DNA of 64,000 bases, taken from contig JBJOII010000001.1 of the NCBI GenBank assembly GCA_046047235.1, positions 31,720 to 95,719 on the forward strand. Reading direction: 5' to 3'. Shown in pieces: positions 58,118 through 64,000 of the stretch. The translations under genes were made by a program, and so were the position numbers. Every line of letters begins with the position of its first letter. Position 1 is the stretch's first letter. The notes under the pieces were generated by a model. It ran no database searches, had not been told where the DNA came from, and was given only the letters and a program-made list of their open reading frames with translations. The stretch is from Verrucomicrobiota bacterium. Its GTDB lineage: Bacteria > Verrucomicrobiota > Verrucomicrobiia > Limisphaerales > JAHDYP01.

Positions 58118-60526
58118 ATGAACTCCAACGAACCCCAAGCCTGGATCAACACCCGGCCGCCCAGCTTGCCCAGTCCCTTGCGCACATCTGCAACCGCAGC
58201 CTTCCTCGCCTGGGTCGTCATGAGTCTGGGCTTCCTGGGCCTCCGAATGCTGATGCAGGAGCGCCCTGAGTTCGTCGGGCAGCCGATGCGCTTTTCACGG
58301 ACGGTGCTGGTGCAGGATGCACCCCGGGTCTATGTGCGGTCGGTGAAGGACGACGTGTCGCTGGTGCGGAGCTTCCAGCCGGAATCGGCGGAGATTGTCT
58401 TCGACATGAAGGGCCGACGGGATTACCGGGGGCTGAAAACCATCAGCGACATGTCGGGCACGTTCAGCGGCCGCTTTACTTTGGCGAACACGACGGGGGA
58501 AGCACTGCATGTACTCTTCCAATGTCCGCATCCCCGGGATGATTCTCTCAATGGAGATGGCCCCGCAGTGGCGGGCCTGCGGCTCAACAGTTCGGTTGAC
58601 GGGCTGCAGGAAAGCAGTCCGGAGGGCTGGTTGTGGAGCGGCCGGCTGGATGCGGGGAGCAGTGCTGTGCTTGAAGTGAGTTACCAGGCCGGCGCGCTGA
58701 AGGGAGCCCGTTACAACGCTGCGGGAAGCGGAGGACAACCCGTCCAGCATGTCGCGGTGTCGGTGAAAAGGACCGATCTGGATTCCATGCGTTTTGAGAG
58801 CGGCGAGGGGGCCATCGCTGCGGAGGGGGACACGCAGCGCTGGGAGAAATCCAATTTCCTGGGTCCGGACTACTTTGCTGCTCACATCGTCGAGGGACGC
58901 AACCTGTTCACTTCGCTTTCGCAGCTGGTCGAGATCGGCCCCCTCATCTGCCTGCTGTTTCTGGCGGCAGTGGTTGCAGTATTTCAAACCGGCCGGGGTC
59001 TGACTGCCCTACAAACCCTCACGATCAGCGCCGGTTACGCGCTGTATTTCCCGCTGATTCTCTACCTGAGTGTTCGCTTCACTTTCGCTGTGGCACTGAC
59101 CATCGCGCTTCTGGTGCCGGGCATCCTGTTGCTCAACTACGCACGCTGCCTTACCGGACACATTGGCGGCCTCGTGGGCGGCGTACTTTTCCTGCTGCTC
59201 TACCAGGTCTTTCCCACCCTGGCTGCCTTCGCCGGCTGGAACCGCGGCATGCTGCTCTTATGCCTCGGCGTGGTCACGCTGGCGGTGCTGATCAATCTGC
59301 AAAATCGGAGCCTGAAGAATGCCGCAGCAGCGGCTGTTGCACTGCTGGCTTCCCTTGGCACTCCCCACATTCAGGCCGCTGGAGTGCACATGGTGGTCCC
59401 GATGGAAGTCGCTACAGAGCTGGATCCAGAAGGACAGAAGGTTCAGCCGCTGATCTATTTTGGTGCAGCGGATTACTTGATAGCGCAGCGCGGCAACTAC
59501 TTCGATGTCACCGCCAGTTTGCCGCTGGAGATCATCCGGCCCGGCAACGTTCCAGAATCCCTCACGTCCCAGGCCATGCACCTGCAGACAGTGACCCTGG
59601 AAGCCGCGTCCAGCGCAGTGGCCCAGCTGGTGACGATGACGAACCGTCTTGCCTTGCTCGCCAACGAGCCCGGTAAAGCGACACTCCTGGCTCGCTATCG
59701 CGCACCGATTCTCATCGAAGGCGGCAAGCAGGTGGCGTCCGTGCCCATGTTCTCCATCGCGTCCGGTCGATTGCGGGTTGAATCTCCGCGCAACGCACTC
59801 GACGTCGTTGGCGGCAGCATCTGGAACCGCACGGTTTCCACGGATGATCCGGAACTGACCATTGTTGAGGCAGGTGTTGCGGGTGAGGATGCGGTCCTGC
59901 TGGAATGGAGTGAGTCCACGGCATCCACCACTACGAGCAGTCGCCTCCCGGATACGGACAACCAGCTCTATGGCATCGGCCTGCGCCAGGCCCGGCATCT
60001 CACGGTCATCAACTCAGATGGCAGTTGCACCCATTTCTCCGAATACGAATTGCCCGCCACACAGCGGGCAGACTTCCAGCTCCGCATCCCAGCCGAGGCC
60101 CGCCTCATTTCCGCATCGATCAACGGCACGGAGATCAGTGCGCCCACCGTGGATGCTGAGTCGCTCTGCAGGGTCCCCCTGCCCCCGCGTTCAGCCGGGA
60201 CGGATCAACACCGTGTCTCATTCCGCCTGGCCCTTCCGCCGGTTCAGCTCGGCTTTCTCGGCACCCTGAACATGTCACTGCCCGAGGCCTTCCAGACCAC
60301 CGGCACACTCGACTGGGTGATCGCCCTACCCGAGGGCTTCCTCGCCCAGCTGATCTCCAGCGACCTGCAACAGCACCGGGACCCGGCACAGCTCGAGGCG
60401 TTCGGCGACTACGGAAACGTCATCCGCAGCTACCCCTACACCCACCTCGCCAAATCGCTGGCACCACCAGGCGCCGCGAGCGCCCACCTCCGCTATCGCC
60501 AGATCCTTCCCGCAGTGCAGCCGTGA
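58118..60526 (+). CDS. Multi-pass membrane hypothetical protein (CreD-like N-terminal half, soluble beta-rich C-terminal half)
   Basis: One N-terminal TM, a soluble domain, about five TMs, then a soluble domain. Confidence 0.65.
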   Translation: MNSNEPQAWINTRPPSLPSPLRTSATAAFLAWVVMSLGFLGLRMLMQERPEFVGQPMRFSRTVLVQDAPRVYVRSVKDDVSLVRSFQPESAEIVFDMKGRRDYRGLKTISDMSGTFSGRFTLANTTGEALHVLFQCPHPRDDSLNGDGPAVAGLRLNSSVDGLQESSPEGWLWSGRLDAGSSAVLEVSYQAGALKGARYNAAGSGGQPVQHVAVSVKRTDLDSMRFESGEGAIAAEGDTQRWEKSNFLGPDYFAAHIVEGRNLFTSLSQLVEIGPLICLLFLAAVVAVFQTGRGLTALQTLTISAGYALYFPLILYLSVRFTFAVALTIALLVPGILLLNYARCLTGHIGGLVGGVLFLLLYQVFPTLAAFAGWNRGMLLLCLGVVTLAVLINLQNRSLKNAAAAAVALLASLGTPHIQAAGVHMVVPMEVATELDPEGQKVQPLIYFGAADYLIAQRGNYFDVTASLPLEIIRPGNVPESLTSQAMHLQTVTLEAASSAVAQLVTMTNRLALLANEPGKATLLARYRAPILIEGGKQVASVPMFSIASGRLRVESPRNALDVVGGSIWNRTVSTDDPELTIVEAGVAGEDAVLLEWSESTASTTTSSRLPDTDNQLYGIGLRQARHLTVINSDGSCTHFSEYELPATQRADFQLRIPAEARLISASINGTEISAPTVDAESLCRVPLPPRSAGTDQHRVSFRLALPPVQLGFLGTLNMSLPEAFQTTGTLDWVIALPEGFLAQLISSDLQQHRDPAQLEAFGDYGNVIRSYPYTHLAKSLAPPGAASAHLRYRQILPAVQP

Positions 60527-60584
60527 CACCAAGGTCGCTTTTCGATTGCGGCGACCCGCCCACCCATGCACATTGGCCCCCGTC

Positions 60585-62111
60585 ATGTTCGCCAAGGTGG
60601 GGTCGGCCGCGGTACTCGGGATCGAGGCCCATGCCCTTGAAGTGGAGGTTAATTCCGGAGCAGGAGACACGGCTACTGTTGTGGTCGGGTTGCCCGATAC
60701 TGCCATCAAGGAATCACGAGACCGGGTTCGCACTGCGATCCTGAATTCCGGCTATCGCTATCCCGACGGCCGGGTCACGATCAATCTCGCACCAGCCGAC
60801 ATTCGCAAAGAAGGCCCGAGTTTTGACCTGCCCATCGCCATCGGCGTGCTGGGTGCAACCGACCAGATGCTGTCACGGCACCTCGACGATTATCTTCTGA
60901 TCGGCGAACTCGCCCTCACAGGTGCCGTCCGCCCGATCAAAGGCGCGTTGCCCGTCGCTCTCCGTGCCAAGGCGCAGGGCTATCGGGGCCTCCTCCTGCC
61001 CGAGGACAACGCCCCTGAAGCAGCGGTCGTCAAAGGTCTGGAGGTAATCCCCGTCGACAACCTCCGCCAGGCCGCCGGATTCCTCGAACAGCGCTTCTCC
61101 CTCAACGCCATCGAGGTCGATCACGACGCGCTTTTCAATCAGCACCGCGACGACGACCTGGACTTCGCCGACGTGAAAGGCCAAGAGTCCGTAAAGCGTG
61201 CGTTGGAGATTGCCGCGGCCGGCGGTCACAATGTCCTGTTGGTCGGTCCTCCGGGCACGGGAAAGTCGATGTTGGCGAAGAGGATTCCCACTATCCTGCC
61301 TCCCTTGACTCTTGAGGAGGCGATTGAGACCACCAAGGTCCACAGCATTGTCGGACTGCTGGAGCCCGGCCAGGCGCTCGTCTACCGGCGTCCGTTCCGC
61401 GAACCTCATCATAGTGCATCCGATGCAGGCCTTCTGGGTGGCAACGTCAACCCGACACCCGGCGAAATATCTCTCGCCCACAACGGGGTCCTCTTTTTGG
61501 ACGAGCTTCCCGAGTTCAAACGCAACGTGCTGGAGACACTTCGCCAGCCACTCGAGGAAGGCCGAGTCACCATTTCGCGCGCCGCAGGCACGATGACCTT
61601 CCCCGCCCAATTCATGCTGGTCGCCGCCATGAACCCAACACCAGACGGCCTCATGCCCGGTGATTCGAAGTGCTCCCCCCGCCAGATTCAAAACTATCTC
61701 AACCGTGTCTCGGGCCCGCTGCTCGACCGCATTGACCTCCACATCGAGGTGCCGAGCGTGAAGTTTCGCGAACTCAGCAGCACCCGCACCGGCGAACCCT
61801 CCTCCACCATCCGCGAACGCGTCATGCAGGCCCGCGCCCTTCAGCACCAGCGCTTCAAGCAACGTCGCCGCATCACCTGCAACGCGCGCATGGGCACACG
61901 CGAACTCCGCCAGTTCTGCCAGCTCGACGACACCGCCATGGGCCTGCTCCAGTTTGCGATGAACGACCTCCACCTCAGTGCCCGTGCCTACGACCGTATC
62001 CTCAAGGTCAGCCGCACGATCGCCGACCTGGCCGGCTCCGAGCACATCACCTCCGAACACGTCGGCGAAGCCGTGCAGCTCCGCTCACTCGACCGGCAGC
62101 TCCTCGGCTAA
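60585..62111 (+). CDS. comM: YifB/ComM family Mg-chelatase-like AAA+ ATPase
   Basis: [64 protein letters not shown]. Confidence 0.93.
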   Translation: MFAKVGSAAVLGIEAHALEVEVNSGAGDTATVVVGLPDTAIKESRDRVRTAILNSGYRYPDGRVTINLAPADIRKEGPSFDLPIAIGVLGATDQMLSRHLDDYLLIGELALTGAVRPIKGALPVALRAKAQGYRGLLLPEDNAPEAAVVKGLEVIPVDNLRQAAGFLEQRFSLNAIEVDHDALFNQHRDDDLDFADVKGQESVKRALEIAAAGGHNVLLVGPPGTGKSMLAKRIPTILPPLTLEEAIETTKVHSIVGLLEPGQALVYRRPFREPHHSASDAGLLGGNVNPTPGEISLAHNGVLFLDELPEFKRNVLETLRQPLEEGRVTISRAAGTMTFPAQFMLVAAMNPTPDGLMPGDSKCSPRQIQNYLNRVSGPLLDRIDLHIEVPSVKFRELSSTRTGEPSSTIRERVMQARALQHQRFKQRRRITCNARMGTRELRQFCQLDDTAMGLLQFAMNDLHLSARAYDRILKVSRTIADLAGSEHITSEHVGEAVQLRSLDRQLLG

Positions 62112-62119
62112 ACCCTCAT

Positions 62120-62360
62120 CGTCGTCGGACCAAGGCATGTCCCTTGGTATCAATGGAATACAACAAATAATGGACCGTTTTTGGCCCTATGGAGCTGTTT
62201 TTGGCCTCAAAAAGCGGCCCATAACACCCTGACTCCCGCCATACCGCGAACACCGCTATGGAACCCAAAACTGGGCCAAAAAACGCCCCATAAACCCTTT
62301 TTCGAACCCAAACTATTCCTATCTGTTTAGGGGAGAGCAGGTTGCCGTGGTCCGACCACG
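62120..62360. mobile_element. MITE-like element with 18-bp imperfect terminal inverted repeats
   Basis: cgtcgtcggaccaaggca ... tgccgtggtccgaccacg (16/18 complementary), AT-richer interior with nested inverted repeats, partial copy near 8017-8103. Confidence 0.5.
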
Positions 62361-62407
62361 GCTTGGCGACAATCGGGCTGAATAGAGTCACATTCTGCTT
62401 CGACTTT

Positions 62408-63379
62408 ATGATAAGCATGGAGCTTATTGATGCAGAACCCCGAAGGAGAGCGATGCCCGGAAACGGCAGAGTGATGTTGGACACAGTGGCGCGTCATGCG
62501 GGATCAGATCCCGTCGTGACGGCCATCAGCCAGCATGCGGACATGGTTTACGCCACCTGTCGTCGCGTCCTCGGAAACGAGGCCGACGCTGCGGACGTGG
62601 CGCAGGAGACCTTCTTCCAGTTTGTGAAGCAGGCCGACCGGATCCGGGGATCGGTGGCAGGCTGGCTTCATCAGGTTGCCACTCGCCGCTCGATCGACTT
62701 CATCCGGCAGTGCACCTCGCGGCGTCGACGCGAAGAACGCTATGTGGCGGACACGGCGGCTGGCGAGACCAGCTGGAACGAGATGGAGCCGCTGGTTGAC
62801 GAAGCCATCGAGGCGCTCTCAGCAGAGTCGAGGGAGCTTCTACTGCTGCACTTTTTAGAGGGGCAAAGCATGGGGGCAATCGGAGTCGCGAAGGGAGTTT
62901 CCCAGCCCACTGTCTCACGCCGTATCACACATGCCCTGGATGAGCTGCGGCAGAACCTTCAGGCAAAGGGAGGGATCGTTGCTGCGGCATCCCTTGGGAA
63001 CCTGCTCCTCGGAACGGCGGAGGCGGCACCTGCACCCGTCCTGCATTCATTGGGCAAACTGGCGCTGGCACACACAGCCACCCTGGGAGCGGGAACAGCA
63101 GCGGCTTCCTCGACCCTTGGCGGAGCCAAAGTTGCCGCCATCATCGCCGCAGGCACCCTGACCGTCGGCACCGGCTGGTGGAGCCTTCGACCCCAACCCC
63201 AGTCTGTCATCCCACCACCCTCCCCCCCCATTAACTCGGTCTTTGTTGGATTCTCAACCAGTGTCGTCTGGACCGTCGGCCCGGGGGGACAGCGCACGTC
63301 GGTGTTCTCCACCGGCACGAACTACACCGTCACCAACCCGGGACCGCCAGTCAATCGTCCAACAAGAAGCGCGCGCTGA
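62408..63379 (+). CDS. ECF (sigma-70) RNA polymerase sigma factor with C-terminal membrane-anchored extension; start uncertain
   Basis: HADMVYATCRRVLG...DAADVAQETF, GWLHQVA, region 4 EGQS...IG...GVSQPTVSRR; Ala/Gly-rich hydrophobic tail. Confidence 0.85.
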   Translation: MISMELIDAEPRRRAMPGNGRVMLDTVARHAGSDPVVTAISQHADMVYATCRRVLGNEADAADVAQETFFQFVKQADRIRGSVAGWLHQVATRRSIDFIRQCTSRRRREERYVADTAAGETSWNEMEPLVDEAIEALSAESRELLLLHFLEGQSMGAIGVAKGVSQPTVSRRITHALDELRQNLQAKGGIVAAASLGNLLLGTAEAAPAPVLHSLGKLALAHTATLGAGTAAASSTLGGAKVAAIIAAGTLTVGTGWWSLRPQPQSVIPPPSPPINSVFVGFSTSVVWTVGPGGQRTSVFSTGTNYTVTNPGPPVNRPTRSAR

Positions 63380-63469
63380 CTTACCACTGGGACGGATCCC
63401 AAAGTAGCACTGTGAATTGGCGCTCATTTGCTGATGCCGAAAACCCAGATCGCCATGAAAGCCGGTTTT

Positions 63470-64000
63470 ATGAAACACACCACACTCCCGGGTCTTCCCG
63501 CACCACGCACCCATCACTGTGTCCCTGGTCATCCGCAGCGTGGGTTAGCCTCCTTCCTTATCCTGCTCCATCTCTGCCACTTCGTGGTTTTGGGCCCGGA
63601 GGTCCGGGCCGCGGAAACCCTTGGCAACTCGCTCACCGTGCAGCTCGCACCTCTCGACGCTGTGGCAGCGGGCGCGCAATGGCGTCTGGCAGGCGAGGAA
63701 GACTGGCGCGAAAGCGGCGTGGCCTACACCGGGCTTCCTGTTGGGCTCCACGTGCTCGAGTTCAAGCCACTCACAGACTGGATTCAGCCCGGCGACGAGA
63801 GACCGGTTCGAATCCAGCCTGGGGAGTCCATCATCCTCGGGCCGCTGGAATACCAGCCGTTGCCGGTGTTTCCGGTCCAAGTTACCGCCAGCCCCGGGGG
63901 ACGTGTTGTGTACCAGCACTGGGAACCCCTGGGATTTCGCGGACTGTTCCCGATTGGAGTCGATGGCGGTGATGACTCGCTCAGCCGGGAATGGCTGACA
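63470..64000 (+). CDS. Exported repeat-domain protein, truncated by window end
   Basis: Open frame from ATG 63470 to the end (my translation); signal-like segment ending EVRA, then AVAAGAQWRL...W.ESG...L..G.H..EFK...W beta-sandwich repeat. Confidence 0.65.
   Translation, partial: MKHTTLPGLPAPRTHHCVPGHPQRGLASFLILLHLCHFVVLGPEVRAAETLGNSLTVQLAPLDAVAAGAQWRLAGEEDWRESGVAYTGLPVGLHVLEFKPLTDWIQPGDERPVRIQPGESIILGPLEYQPLPVFPVQVTASPGGRVVYQHWEPLGFRGLFPIGVDGGDDSLSREWLT

Noticed and set aside
60585-62111. comM or the tRNA at 20789 as an occupied integration site
   Set aside because: comM is intact, and I saw no duplicated tRNA 3' end or adjacent integrase.

Overview
GC-rich bacterial chromosomal segment. 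The gene content (Tat-exported Gfo/Idh/MocA enzymes, HEAT-repeat and DUF1080 proteins, a sulfatase, a Rieske plus cytochrome b-c fusion, an ECF sigma factor with a membrane anchor, long SecA) points to the PVC superphylum, most likely Verrucomicrobiota; this is inference. There are about 43 CDS and one tRNA-Ile2(CAT). A sugar-utilisation region (1-14 kb) is followed by mixed housekeeping genes (cca, HU, hcp, udg, xerD, mscK-like, infA, zwf, pcm, hypE, dnaE, secA, comM). I found no CRISPR array, prophage or transposase. The most unusual signals are: (1) strong local C/G strand skew that ignores gene orientation, flips at a perfect 42-bp palindrome and restarts at a second copy, with two copies bracketing an orphan hypE; (2) a CCA-adding enzyme ORF that runs in frame, with no stop, into HU; (3) a cytochrome b with a heme-ligand His replaced by Tyr; (4) a full-length tripeptidyl-peptidase II with a signal peptide; (5) a Thr-Asn dipeptide excess in exported proteins; (6) a MITE-like element and heptamer tandem arrays. 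All product calls come from motif recognition by eye, not database searches.
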